Below, piece after piece: positions 46,670 to 55,118 of a stretch of 64,000 nt of DNA. Location of the stretch: IMG/VR virus record IMGVR_UViG_2788500615_000003, positions 1,196-65,195 of that record. One strand, 5' to 3'. The translations under genes were made by a program, and so were the position numbers. Source of the stretch: a virus (taxonomy: Duplodnaviria; Caudoviricetes). Below the pieces are notes generated by a model, which worked only from the letters and a program-made list of their open reading frames with translations, did not search any database and was not told the origin of the DNA. Each line of letters begins with the position of its first letter. The stretch's first letter is position 1.

Positions 46670-47457
46670 GCTTCGGATTCCTGCTCGGCGGCCAGGCGTT
46701 CGTCCACCCGGCGCTGCGCGTCCGCCTGTCGGGCGGCCCACGCTTCGTTTCGGTGCTGCACGGCGGCAGCGCTCTCGGCGGCACGCGCCTTCGCGCGGCT
46801 GGCCAGTTCCTCGCGCAGCGCGGTCAGCCGGCGGCGCATTTCTGGGGAGGCCTGTGCTGTCGCCTCGACCTTGCCGGCCAGCAGCGCCACGGGGTTGAGT
46901 ACCGGCGGCGCCAGCTCCAGCGCCGTGCCGCGCATGGCCGCAGCCGCTTCATGACCCAGGCGCCCGTACTGCACGGCGCGGTCCAGCGCGGCATCGCGTG
47001 CGGCACCGTCCCAGCCCACCGACACCAGCACCTCGGGCGCTTCGCGGCGGTCGCGCGCATCACGCACCAGGCGCTCGTAGGCGGAGAGGAACGCCATGCG
47101 CGCGCCCACCTTGTCGCCGCCGACTGCAATGGGGCGGGCGATCTGCCACGCCAGCGACACTTCGCTGGTCCACACCACGGTGGCGCGCTCGTCCAGCGCT
47201 TCCAAGGCCATGGCCCAGGCTTCGTTCGGCGCCGGGCGGCCCATCACCTCATCGACGCGATCCAGCACGGCCTTCGGCGTCAGCTTGCCGGTGTGCTCCG
47301 TGCGAACGCGCCGCAGCGCGCGATCCAGGGCCTCGCGCGGAAAAGCGCTCAGGTCCTCGGCCATCAGGGCGGCCGCCGTCGGCGACATCTGCTGGCCCAG
47401 CAGCTCGGCCGTGCCGATCAGCTGCTGCACCAGCCATTGCAGGTCGGAGTCACGCAT
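46666..47457 (-). CDS. Replication accessory protein (P-like helicase loader position)
   Basis: Follows the initiator gene. RPAPNEAWA and ARMAFLSAYERL motifs. Confidence 0.65.
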   Translation of the reverse strand: MRDSDLQWLVQQLIGTAELLGQQMSPTAAALMAEDLSAFPREALDRALRRVRTEHTGKLTPKAVLDRVDEVMGRPAPNEAWAMALEALDERATVVWTSEVSLAWQIARPIAVGGDKVGARMAFLSAYERLVRDARDRREAPEVLVSVGWDGAARDAALDRAVQYGRLGHEAAAAMRGTALELAPPVLNPVALLAGKVEATAQASPEMRRRLTALREELASRAKARAAESAAAVQHRNEAWAARQADAQRRVDERLAAEQESEA

Positions 47458-48646
47458 TGCTGCCCCCCTCCAGTTCGCCGCGGCGCTGGCGCAAGATGGC
47501 CATCGCTTCCTCGGCCGCGTCGAAGTTCGCCTGAGACTGGTCCATCTGGCGCGCCCGCGTGCTGGTCATCGCGTGCCCGGCAGCCCACTGCGTGCGGTAG
47601 CCCTCCGCCTTCTGCAGCAGCGTGCCCACCGGGTGGCACTCGCGCGTCACATAGGCGTCGGCGACGCGCTCGACGTAGAACTTCGCCACCGCCGGTGCCT
47701 CGTCGTAGCCGATGCGCTGGACGAACTGCTTCACCTTCGCGTTGACCTGGGCGTTGCGCACCGGGCGCGCGCCGTAGCGGGCTCCGTAGGCCTCGGCATA
47801 GGCGGCCCAGGTGGCGCGGCAGGCGGCCTGCAACGCGGTTTCCTCGGCCTCCCCGCCCTTCGCCTTGTCGGCGCGGCCCTTCGCGGCGACCGGCGGCGCA
47901 GCTGCCGGTAATGGTTCTCTTGACGGTTCTACTGATGGTTCATTGATGGTTCCGGGTGCAGATGCCGCACCGTCGAGGTGCAGATGCTGCGGGGTTGACG
48001 GCGCAGATGCTGCGGGGTGGGGTGCGCCATTTGCGGGTGCAGGAGCTGCGGGTGCAGCATCTGCGGGGTCAGCCACGACATGCCGGCCGTGGGTCGCAGA
48101 GCCCGGGGCACTGACCTTGCGATTCAGGCACCTCGGGTTCTGGATCGCCAGAGCAATCTCCGCCGTTTCGAACTGCGCGGCCTGGTGCCGGTGCTCGAAG
48201 CTGGCCACGATCTCCTTGACGCAATCAGCCTTCCGCTTCGCCAGCCACTCGGCCGACACACCCGAGCCGAAGTAGCTGCTGTCTTCGAGCGGATCCCCGC
48301 CGCAGGTGCGCAAGCCGATGTAGAACTGTCCCGACGGGGTGTGCGTGATGCGATAGACGTAGTGCACCGTGCGCGTGATCTCGCCGACCAGTGCCTGCGG
48401 CGTCACGGTGTACATGGTGGAGCGCTGCGAACGGTGGTCACGCAGCAAGGCGCCCTGCTCTTCCAGCCACTTCAGCGCGGCTTGAACAGCGCGCTCGGAC
48501 AAGCAGGTGCGCAGCCCGATGGTGTTGACGGACGGCCAGCAGACGCCATCGTCGTTCGCCTGGTCCGCGAGCGAGATCAGCACCGCCTTCTGCGCGGGCG
48601 ACATTCCTTGGAGCGGCCAGCAGGCCGCCATGATGATCGTGCTCAT
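47450..48646 (-). CDS. Replication initiator (O-like, N-terminal HTH) with inserted GIY-YIG domain
   Basis: KAVLISLADQANDDGVCWPSV HTH, YVYRITH...FYIG motif, and internal iterons. Confidence 0.85.
   Translation of the reverse strand: MSTIIMAACWPLQGMSPAQKAVLISLADQANDDGVCWPSVNTIGLRTCLSERAVQAALKWLEEQGALLRDHRSQRSTMYTVTPQALVGEITRTVHYVYRITHTPSGQFYIGLRTCGGDPLEDSSYFGSGVSAEWLAKRKADCVKEIVASFEHRHQAAQFETAEIALAIQNPRCLNRKVSAPGSATHGRHVVADPADAAPAAPAPANGAPHPAASAPSTPQHLHLDGAASAPGTINEPSVEPSREPLPAAAPPVAAKGRADKAKGGEAEETALQAACRATWAAYAEAYGARYGARPVRNAQVNAKVKQFVQRIGYDEAPAVAKFYVERVADAYVTRECHPVGTLLQKAEGYRTQWAAGHAMTSTRARQMDQSQANFDAAEEAMAILRQRRGELEGGSNA
47953..48069. repeat. Iteron cluster / probable replication origin
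   Basis: About six copies of GGTGCAGATGCTGCGGGG-like units inside the initiator gene. Confidence 0.75.
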
Positions 48647-49008
48647 TGCGTCGTGCGAGCCTTTCCCGGCGCATACAACTTCCCGCCGGCCGAACCATGG
48701 CCGCGCACGCGCGCCACGGTGCCCACTACACGGATGTCGCCAGCGCGGATCGCCTTCGCGTAGATCGGGCCGAAGCTGCGGTCATCCTTCGGGCGGATGC
48801 CGGCCAGGCAGCATGCGAGCGTGACGCTCTCGCCCGGCACGCGGCGACGCTTGCGGACGTAGGCGACGATGAACTGGTAGGCCTTCGCGCCGAAGTCCGG
48901 GTCATCCTGCTCCGCCAGCGCAAGGCTGGCCTGACCGGCTTCCTCGCCGAGGCGGCGCGCGGTAGCGACGCGCTTGGCGTGCGCGGGCATGGTGGTCGCC
49001 GTCTTCAT
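48643..49008 (-). CDS. Phage hypothetical protein
   Basis: Translationally coupled ORF in the cro operon. Confidence 0.7.
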   Translation of the reverse strand: MKTATTMPAHAKRVATARRLGEEAGQASLALAEQDDPDFGAKAYQFIVAYVRKRRRVPGESVTLACCLAGIRPKDDRSFGPIYAKAIRAGDIRVVGTVARVRGHGSAGGKLYAPGKARTTQ

Positions 49009-49268
49009 GCCAGCGCTCCTGTCTGCGAAGTTGCCGACAAAGTGCGGACCATAGACAGGCGGCGTTCATGGACCATACGGACATGCTCAACGCCGTAGCA
49101 ATCCACCGTCGCAAGGTATTCGAGGTACTGGCTCTCGGACTCGAAGCCGAGGTCCACCCAGCGGCGGCGCACGGTTTCCTTCAGGTCGTCGGAAACGCGG
49201 GCTTCGAGCTTGGCGGTCTTCTTTCCGCCCAGCACGGAGCGGGCGAACATGGGGATGTCGTCGGTCAC
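49005..49268 (-). CDS. Ribbon-helix-helix-like regulator (cII position)
   Basis: KLEARVSDDLK...SESQYL pattern, directly after cro. Confidence 0.55.
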   Translation of the reverse strand: MTDDIPMFARSVLGGKKTAKLEARVSDDLKETVRRRWVDLGFESESQYLEYLATVDCYGVEHVRMVHERRLSMVRTLSATSQTGALA

Positions 49269-49468
49269 TGCGACACCTCCTTGCCGGTGCTGGCGGCCGG
49301 GTACTGGGCAGCCAGAGCAGCGAGCTTCAGGGCCTCTTCGGCGCCAGCGGCCACCTTGCCGGCCTCCCAGCGGGAAATCTTCGGTTGCGCAATGCCCGTC
49401 AGGCGAGATATCTCTGATTGCGACAGATGGCTGCGCAGCTTCCGGATAACGGCTTGGATCTGAGTCAT
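49265..49468 (-). CDS. cro: Cro-like HTH repressor
   Basis: LSQSEISRLTGIAQPKISRWE. Divergent from cI. Confidence 0.9.
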   Translation of the reverse strand: MTQIQAVIRKLRSHLSQSEISRLTGIAQPKISRWEAGKVAAGAEEALKLAALAAQYPAASTGKEVSQ

Positions 49469-49474
49469 GCCGTC

Positions 49475-49532
49475 ATTATGCAGTTCTGCATTGCTTTATC
49501 AAGCAGACATGCATTACTCATTTATGCATAGT
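49475..49532. promoter_or_regulatory. OR-like region: cro promoter (TTGATA-N16-CATAAT, minus strand), cI -10 (CATAGT), operators ATGCAGTTCTGCAT (49478) and AAGCAGACATGCAT (49501)
   Basis: ATGCA-N4-TGCAT palindromes also occur at 50880 and 50904. Both ATGs lie 6-7 nt after their -10 hexamers. Confidence 0.8.
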
Positions 49533-49539
49533 TCAATCC

Positions 49540-50286
49540 ATGGACGGCCCTACCCTCTTTGACAAACTACTCGCCAAGCGCGGCTTGAACCCCAACTCCC
49601 TGGCCGGCGCGATCAAGAGGCCGTCTGCTCAGTCCGGTTTCGACCGGTTCAAGAAGGGGCTCATCAAGCAGCCCAAGCGCAGCGAAGCGCTCGAACTGGC
49701 GGCAAAGCACCTCGGCGTGGATGTGCTGGCCTTCTACGACGAGGCTCTGGCCGCGAGCGAATGGGCCCGCATTTCCGGCGAAGCGCCACCGCCCGCCACG
49801 CAGTCGTCATCGTCGCCTTCCGTATCCGGCGACGAGGTGGTCATCGTTCAATACGACGTTGCCGGCGGCATGGATACGCGCGGCAAGCTGCTCCTGGAGG
49901 CAGAGCCGCCCGGCATCATCAAGAGCTGGAAGGTGGATCGCGAGTGGCTGCAGCTCAACGTGCGGTCGTACACGAGCCTGGCGAATCTCTGCATCGTCAC
50001 CGGGTTCGGCCCGTCGATGAAGGGCATGTTCAACCCAGGCGACCCGCTGCTGATGGACCGCGGCGTGAACCGCGTTGATCATGAAGGCGTCTACTTCTTC
50101 CGCGTCGGCGATGAGGGCTACATCAAGATCCTTCAGCGCGTGCCCGAATTCAATGGGCCTGGCTTCGTCCTTCGCGTGATCTCGAAGAACAAGGACGACT
50201 TCCCGCCCTACGACATCTCACCCAAAAACCCGCACCTGCACATCATCGGCAAGATCTTGACGGTGTGGAAGAGCGAGCAGTATTAA
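49540..50286 (+). CDS. cI: CI-like repressor with S24 peptidase domain
   Basis: N-terminal HTH, AG cleavage site (VAGG), catalytic GPSM Ser and YIK Lys. Confidence 0.92.
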   Translation: MDGPTLFDKLLAKRGLNPNSLAGAIKRPSAQSGFDRFKKGLIKQPKRSEALELAAKHLGVDVLAFYDEALAASEWARISGEAPPPATQSSSSPSVSGDEVVIVQYDVAGGMDTRGKLLLEAEPPGIIKSWKVDREWLQLNVRSYTSLANLCIVTGFGPSMKGMFNPGDPLLMDRGVNRVDHEGVYFFRVGDEGYIKILQRVPEFNGPGFVLRVISKNKDDFPPYDISPKNPHLHIIGKILTVWKSEQY

Positions 50287-50342
50287 TCAGGGAGCACAAG
50301 AGACGCGCTTGAGCGCGCAAGCAGCACCACATGAGGAAAAAA

Positions 50343-50567
50343 ATGTCTGTCTATGGCCGTCTGCTCTACAACGCAAGCAACCAGTTTGGTCAACCCTGGT
50401 ACTGGAACGTCGCGTCATATGGCAATCATGAAGAACTTGCCCGTAGCAGCGAAACATACAAGAACCGCGCTGACTGTATTCATTGCTACGACTTGGTAGT
50501 CGATCGCAAGCGCGCGCCGCTATTCGAATTCAAGGACGGCAAGACGGCTTCGGCTGTCACGGATTGA
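50343..50567 (+). CDS. DUF1508/YegP-like small protein
   Basis: WYW....NHEELARSSETYKNRADC pattern. Confidence 0.7.
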   Translation: MSVYGRLLYNASNQFGQPWYWNVASYGNHEELARSSETYKNRADCIHCYDLVVDRKRAPLFEFKDGKTASAVTD

Positions 50568-50570
50568 TCT

Positions 50571-50798
50571 TTACGTGCCTATGCGTGGGAACCCAGTCGT
50601 ATCGACTGGGTTGTCCATGATGATCACGTTCGCGCAGGTGATCTTGCTGCGCAACCAGGACAGGACGGCCTCCCCCTCCTCAACGGGCAGGCCAGTCAGG
50701 GCACGCAGTAGAGCGGCACTACGCTCCTGAACAATCTGCCTCGGATGCGTCGCCCGCTCACTCATCTGCTCGCTGGTAGCGTGTAGTTCGGTACCCAT
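50571..50798 (-). CDS. Small hypothetical protein
   Basis: AAGGAG Shine-Dalgarno before ATG 50798. Confidence 0.45.
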   Translation of the reverse strand: MGTELHATSEQMSERATHPRQIVQERSAALLRALTGLPVEEGEAVLSWLRSKITCANVIIMDNPVDTTGFPRIGT

Positions 50799-50815
50799 CT
50801 GCAACTCCTTCTCTA

Positions 50816-50838
50816 AGCCCGCCACGCGCGGGCTTTTT
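50816..50838 (+). terminator. Intrinsic terminator of the immunity region
   Basis: AAGCCCGC-CACGC-GCGGGCTTTTT. Confidence 0.75.
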
Positions 50839-50879
50839 GCGTCCGCCGACATGGCGTGGAGGAAGTATCGCAAAAAATC

Positions 50880-50920
50880 ATGCACTACTGCATTGACTAT
50901 CCAATGCAGTTCTGCATAAT
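50880..50920 (+). promoter_or_regulatory. OL/pL-like region: TTGACT-N16-CATAAT with two ATGCA-N4-TGCAT operators
   Basis: Same architecture as the cro promoter. Confidence 0.8.
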
Positions 50921-51529
50921 GCAGTCCATCGCAGCACACACAGCGAAACGACCCCGGCAAGCGACACGAAGCCGGCAAAGCCAACAGGAAGCAGAGGCGG
51001 GTCCAGCTCTTCGGAGCGCAGCAGGTGGTGCACCACGCGATGGGGTCGCTGTCATCGCACTGCCTCCCGTCACGGTCTTTAAAACCGATATCGGATATCC
51101 CAGGCGCACAGCAGTTGAAAGCGCCCTGCACCGCCGCCCGAGCAGAAAGAGAAAGGGGTGAAGTCTGGTTCTTCCAGTCGCAGAGCGTGCCGCGTGGTGC
51201 GTGATGAAGCGACAGGGCCAGTTCGCGCACACACAACAGCGCGGCGCCAAACCGACCGATGGCGAGGTAATCGGCGGTCGAAGCCTCAGAGCGTGACAGC
51301 TTGGGCACAACTCTTCCCATCGTGGAGCCGGATCGAGTTACCGGCATGCCCTCTACAGAGGGCCATCACATCAGCGGCGGCGTGGAGGGACACGCATCGC
51401 ATCAAGGGCGATATCTCAGGCACTGGACGCTGTAAGCCAGCGAGCCCAGGACCAACGGGCGGCACAGTACGCCCGCTGAGATAGCCAGTTATCGAGCGTG
51501 GCCCGCTTATGCAATGGACTAAAGCGCAT

Positions 51530-52291
51530 TCAGCAGCGCTTGAAAAATCTACCAATTGTGCAGTTGATTGGATCGCGAAGAATCTTGGCACCCTCACCGT
51601 TATCCGATTTTGGAACAATTCCATCGCGAAGGTTTTGAACGATTTCTACGGTGCGCTTGCCAGGATCACGGATCAAAAGCGCTATTTCTCCCGTTTCACC
51701 GGGCGGAATGAATGCATCACGAATCGCCGGCAGTAGCCCGAAAGTAAAAAAATCAAGGGGTTTATCGGCTAAGACTCGGAAGAATGATTCAATTGGAAAA
51801 CCGTTTACAGTTACAGGATCTTGATCCTTTTCTTCCTTATTGAAGCCCGGACCGAGCGCTGAGGAGTAGGTCTTAGTAAAGAAAAACATTTCAGTTATAG
51901 CGTCAATTGGCACGCATTCCGCTTCAGCCTTGCACACTTTTGGCTCTACCGCATTCAGTTTGTACCCCTGGGATACAAGCTCCTTTACTTTCGCCTCTGC
52001 AACGGCATAAGGAGCGAGAAGCTTTTTCACGTTCTCCATATCAGCTTCAGCTTCCAAATACCCCGGCAGGCTGTTCGCAGCAATGGCCGCCGTTTTTCGC
52101 TCTCCAGTTTCAGTCATCACTTCATTGATTCTCTTCATCAGTGCAATGTGTCGTTTGACTTGATCTGCAAATGGAAGGTCTTGTGAAATATTCCATTCTT
52201 GAGGGGTAAGCGGTGGGACGGCGGCCGCCGCTCCAATGGCGGGCAGGAGAAAAAAAAGAAATTTCGCGAGCGCTACAAGAGGCTTTGGCAT
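51530..52291 (-). CDS. Secreted/periplasmic hypothetical protein (low-GC moron)
   Basis: Signal peptide, AT-rich DNA, antisense to the early operon. Confidence 0.75.
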   Translation of the reverse strand: MPKPLVALAKFLFFLLPAIGAAAAVPPLTPQEWNISQDLPFADQVKRHIALMKRINEVMTETGERKTAAIAANSLPGYLEAEADMENVKKLLAPYAVAEAKVKELVSQGYKLNAVEPKVCKAEAECVPIDAITEMFFFTKTYSSALGPGFNKEEKDQDPVTVNGFPIESFFRVLADKPLDFFTFGLLPAIRDAFIPPGETGEIALLIRDPGKRTVEIVQNLRDGIVPKSDNGEGAKILRDPINCTIGRFFKRC

Positions 52292-52670
52292 GGTTCTGCT
52301 CCAGTTTCTAAAAAGTGATTAGGTCCGATCCCTGAAAGCCGGAATCTATCGACCAGCACTTGGCTGTCAAGAAGGTACCCCACAGAGCAGCACATGCATC
52401 GCAAGCCCGCGCAGGGCGTGACCGGGCGCGCTGAAACAGCACCGGCAGAGTGGTGGAAGTCCATGACGCAAGCCGCAGCCCGGCCTCTGCGAGCCGAAGC
52501 CGCCTTGCAATTGAGGCGGTCAAAGGCAGCTCCGTGGAACCCGGGGCACCTATTCGGGTGAAAGCGGATGCCACGCGCAGCGGGCGGGAGCCGCCCAGTG
52601 CCGCACGACGGACGCAGCGAGTAACCCCCCTCCCCCCGCCGCACGCCGGCAATCCCCCTGGAGTCATTCG

Positions 52671-52862
52671 ATGTCCTTCGGAGCACCTTCGACGGTGAGC
52701 CGCGTGCCGTGCACGCCTCAACGTCTTCCCGACCTGCCCAACTTCACCGAGGAACAGCGGCTGGCGTTCGACCGCGCCCGCAACGATGCCAAGGGCTCGC
52801 CGGACTACCGCGCGCCCTCGGACCGCTTCGCGCTCGAACAGCAGATCGGACGTGCAGCGTGA
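52671..52862 (+). CDS. Small early protein
   Basis: GGAG Shine-Dalgarno. First of a chain of coupled ORFs. Confidence 0.55.
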   Translation: MSFGAPSTVSRVPCTPQRLPDLPNFTEEQRLAFDRARNDAKGSPDYRAPSDRFALEQQIGRAA

Positions 52863-52981
52863 AAAACCTCGTGCTCGCCCAGGGCCTGGAGATCCAGCGC
52901 CAAATCGCCGCGCTGCGGCACCGCTACGCCGAGGCACGCGCCGCGCGAGCCGCATCCACCTTCGCATGGTGCGCAGCATGA
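52859..52981 (+). CDS. Small early protein
   Basis: GTGA and ATGA overlaps on both sides. Confidence 0.5.
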   Translation: MKNLVLAQGLEIQRQIAALRHRYAEARAARAASTFAWCAA

Positions 52982-53271
52982 ACGCCGCACAGCGCCGCAA
53001 ACACTGCCGCCGCGTGTGGGGCGATCACTTCCGCTGGCCGCTCGGCATGCCGGTGATCGTCAAGCCCGGCCACCACAGCCCCGCCGCGGTCGGCCTCGTC
53101 GGTCGCGTCGTGAAACACGGTCGGCCCTGCACCCACCGCGTGGACTGCATCGTGCAGTTCCCCGAGGTGGTGCCCGACATGACATGCGAAGGGGTGGCGC
53201 GGTACGGCCACTACGTGAAGTTCCGCCACCTCCGCAAGACGAAACCCACCAGGAGCAGACGCAATGCCTAA
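52978..53271 (+). CDS. Small early protein
   Basis: ATGA overlap with the upstream ORF. Confidence 0.55.
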   Translation: MNAAQRRKHCRRVWGDHFRWPLGMPVIVKPGHHSPAAVGLVGRVVKHGRPCTHRVDCIVQFPEVVPDMTCEGVARYGHYVKFRHLRKTKPTRSRRNA

Positions 53272-53518
53272 GCGCCTTTCTTCCCCCAAGCTCAACACAC
53301 GCGGCTGGCGCATGGATGGCGTCATGTCAGCCGACAGCCGACGCAGCGGGCAGGAGCCGCTGCGCCAGTCGGTCCGATACAACGAGGCAGAGGACCGCGA
53401 CCTGCTCGCCCAGCATGAAGCTGGCGCGCGCATCGAGGACATCGCCGCATGGCATCAGCGCGGCGCCAATGGCGTCAGCCTGCGGCTGGAGCACCTGACC
53501 GCCGGGAGCCCGGCGTGA
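53264..53518 (+). CDS. Small HTH-like early protein
   Basis: YNEAEDRDL...IEDIAAWHQRGANGVSLRL. AGGAG Shine-Dalgarno. Confidence 0.6.
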   Translation: MPKRLSSPKLNTRGWRMDGVMSADSRRSGQEPLRQSVRYNEAEDRDLLAQHEAGARIEDIAAWHQRGANGVSLRLEHLTAGSPA

Positions 53519-53775
53519 GCACCGCAACGCTCCCCGAGTCCTACTGCCCGCCACGCGTCGTCAACGGCCGCGTGCAGACCTGCCGCCTGCTCCAGATCGG
53601 CTGCGCATACACGCCGCCGGCACCAGAGCCCAGCCACGACGCGGAGCGCGTCCAGGCCGCTCTGCTGGAGAAACCCGCCGCCGCGCCGGCCCGCTGGCTC
53701 GACGGGCATCGCTGGATCGTGCCGTCCTGCCTCGTCGCAGGCCTGGCGCTCATCCCCATCCTTCGCCTGCACTGA
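53515..53775 (+). CDS. Small early membrane protein
   Basis: LQIGCAYTPP motif and hydrophobic C-terminus. Confidence 0.6.
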   Translation: MSTATLPESYCPPRVVNGRVQTCRLLQIGCAYTPPAPEPSHDAERVQAALLEKPAAAPARWLDGHRWIVPSCLVAGLALIPILRLH

Positions 53776-53777
53776 CC

Positions 53778-53972
53778 ATGAACGACAGCCTCATCACGCG
53801 CGACGTGTTCGCGCGCCACACCGACAAGGACGGCAACGTCCATGTCTCGCAACACCTCGTCTGGGACTCCGACCGCTTCTTCACCGCACGCCGCGCCGAC
53901 GCGGCGAAGGAAGGCGGCAAGGCCGACATCCAGCAGATCACCGCGGAGCAGTACCGCAAGGAACGCAAGTGA
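53778..53972 (+). CDS. Small early protein
   Basis: Coupled to the RecT gene. Confidence 0.6.
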   Translation: MNDSLITRDVFARHTDKDGNVHVSQHLVWDSDRFFTARRADAAKEGGKADIQQITAEQYRKERK

Positions 53973-55108
53973 ACGCCACCACCATCACCGAGAACACTGC
54001 GCTGGCCGTAAGCAGCGCATCCGCCGGCGCCCTGCTGATGGACGCCAGCAGCATGGAACGCCTCGAACGCCTCGCCGACCTGATGGCCGAGGGCAAGGCC
54101 ACTGTCCCGCAGCATCTGCGCGGCAACAAGGGCGACTGCTTCGCGATCTGCCTGCAGTCGATGCAGTGGGGCATGAACCCGTTCGCCGTGGCACAGAAAA
54201 CGCACCTGGTGAACGGCACGCTCGGCTACGAAGCCCAGCTGGTCGCGGCCGTCATCAACTCCAGCGGAGCAGTCAAGGACCGCTTCAAGTTCGAATGGTT
54301 CGGCCCCTGGGAGAAGGTGATCGGCAAGTTCGTCATCAAGAAGAACGCCGAGGGCAAGGAATACCGGCAGCCTGGCTGGTCACTGGCCGACGAAGAAGGC
54401 TGCGGCATCAAGGTATCGGCCACTCTTCGGGGGGAGATGCAGCCCCGTGTGCTCGACCTGCTGCTTGCGCAGGCGCGGGTGCGCAACTCGACGCTGTGGG
54501 CAGACGATCCGAAGCAGCAGTTGGCCTACCTGGCGCAGAAGCGCTGGTCACGCCTCTACGCCCCCGACGTGATCCTGGGCGTGTACACCGCGGACGAGCT
54601 GGCCGAGCCCGGCGAAAAGTTCATGGGCATGGTCGATGAAGTCGCGGCACCTCCCCCGCCGCCCAAGACCTACGACCAGGCGAAGTTCGACGCCAACTTC
54701 CCGGCGTGGGCGGAAACGATCCGAATCCGCCGGAAGACGGCCGACGACTACGTGCAGTTCCTGGCGACACGCGGCGAGCCGCTGACCGAGGAACAGGCCG
54801 CGCGGCTCCGTGCAGTCAAGGTGCCCCCTCCCGCGGCCGAGGCGACCGACGTGGTGGCGAAGGAGAAGCCCGCCGCCGAAGCGCCTGCATCCACTGCAGC
54901 TGCAGCACCGACGCCCGAAGCGGAGCCCGCGGCCGCGTCCGATGGTGCTGTGACGTTCGCCATGGTCGCGGACCGCATCGCCAAGGCGGAGACGCAGGAA
55001 GACCTGAAGGACATGGACGAGTTGATCGGCGCGGTCGCGAACGCCGCACATCGGCAAGAGCTGACCGCGCTGCTCAACAAGCGCGCCGACGAACTGCCTC
55101 CTTTCTGA
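53969..55108 (+). CDS. recT: RecT-family single-strand annealing protein
   Basis: QWGMNPFAVAQKTHLVNGTLGYEAQL and W..DPKQQLAYLA...WSRLY.PDVILGVYT motifs. Confidence 0.9.
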   Translation: MNATTITENTALAVSSASAGALLMDASSMERLERLADLMAEGKATVPQHLRGNKGDCFAICLQSMQWGMNPFAVAQKTHLVNGTLGYEAQLVAAVINSSGAVKDRFKFEWFGPWEKVIGKFVIKKNAEGKEYRQPGWSLADEEGCGIKVSATLRGEMQPRVLDLLLAQARVRNSTLWADDPKQQLAYLAQKRWSRLYAPDVILGVYTADELAEPGEKFMGMVDEVAAPPPPPKTYDQAKFDANFPAWAETIRIRRKTADDYVQFLATRGEPLTEEQAARLRAVKVPPPAAEATDVVAKEKPAAEAPASTAAAAPTPEAEPAAASDGAVTFAMVADRIAKAETQEDLKDMDELIGAVANAAHRQELTALLNKRADELPPF

Positions 55109-55118
55109 GGAATCAATC

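Noticed and set aside
47953-48069. Repeat cluster as a CRISPR array
   Set aside because: The units are short and degenerate with no unique spacers, lie inside the initiator gene, and no cas genes are present.
50799-51347. 258-aa minus-strand ORF 50571-51347 as a full gene
   Set aside because: It crosses the pL promoter, operators and terminator. Only the last 75 codons have a Shine-Dalgarno-supported start.
51346-51366. CCCTCTACAGAGGG as a seventh late-promoter box
   Set aside because: It is a palindrome lacking the GGGTT end, lies in the early leader, and has no suitable downstream gene.
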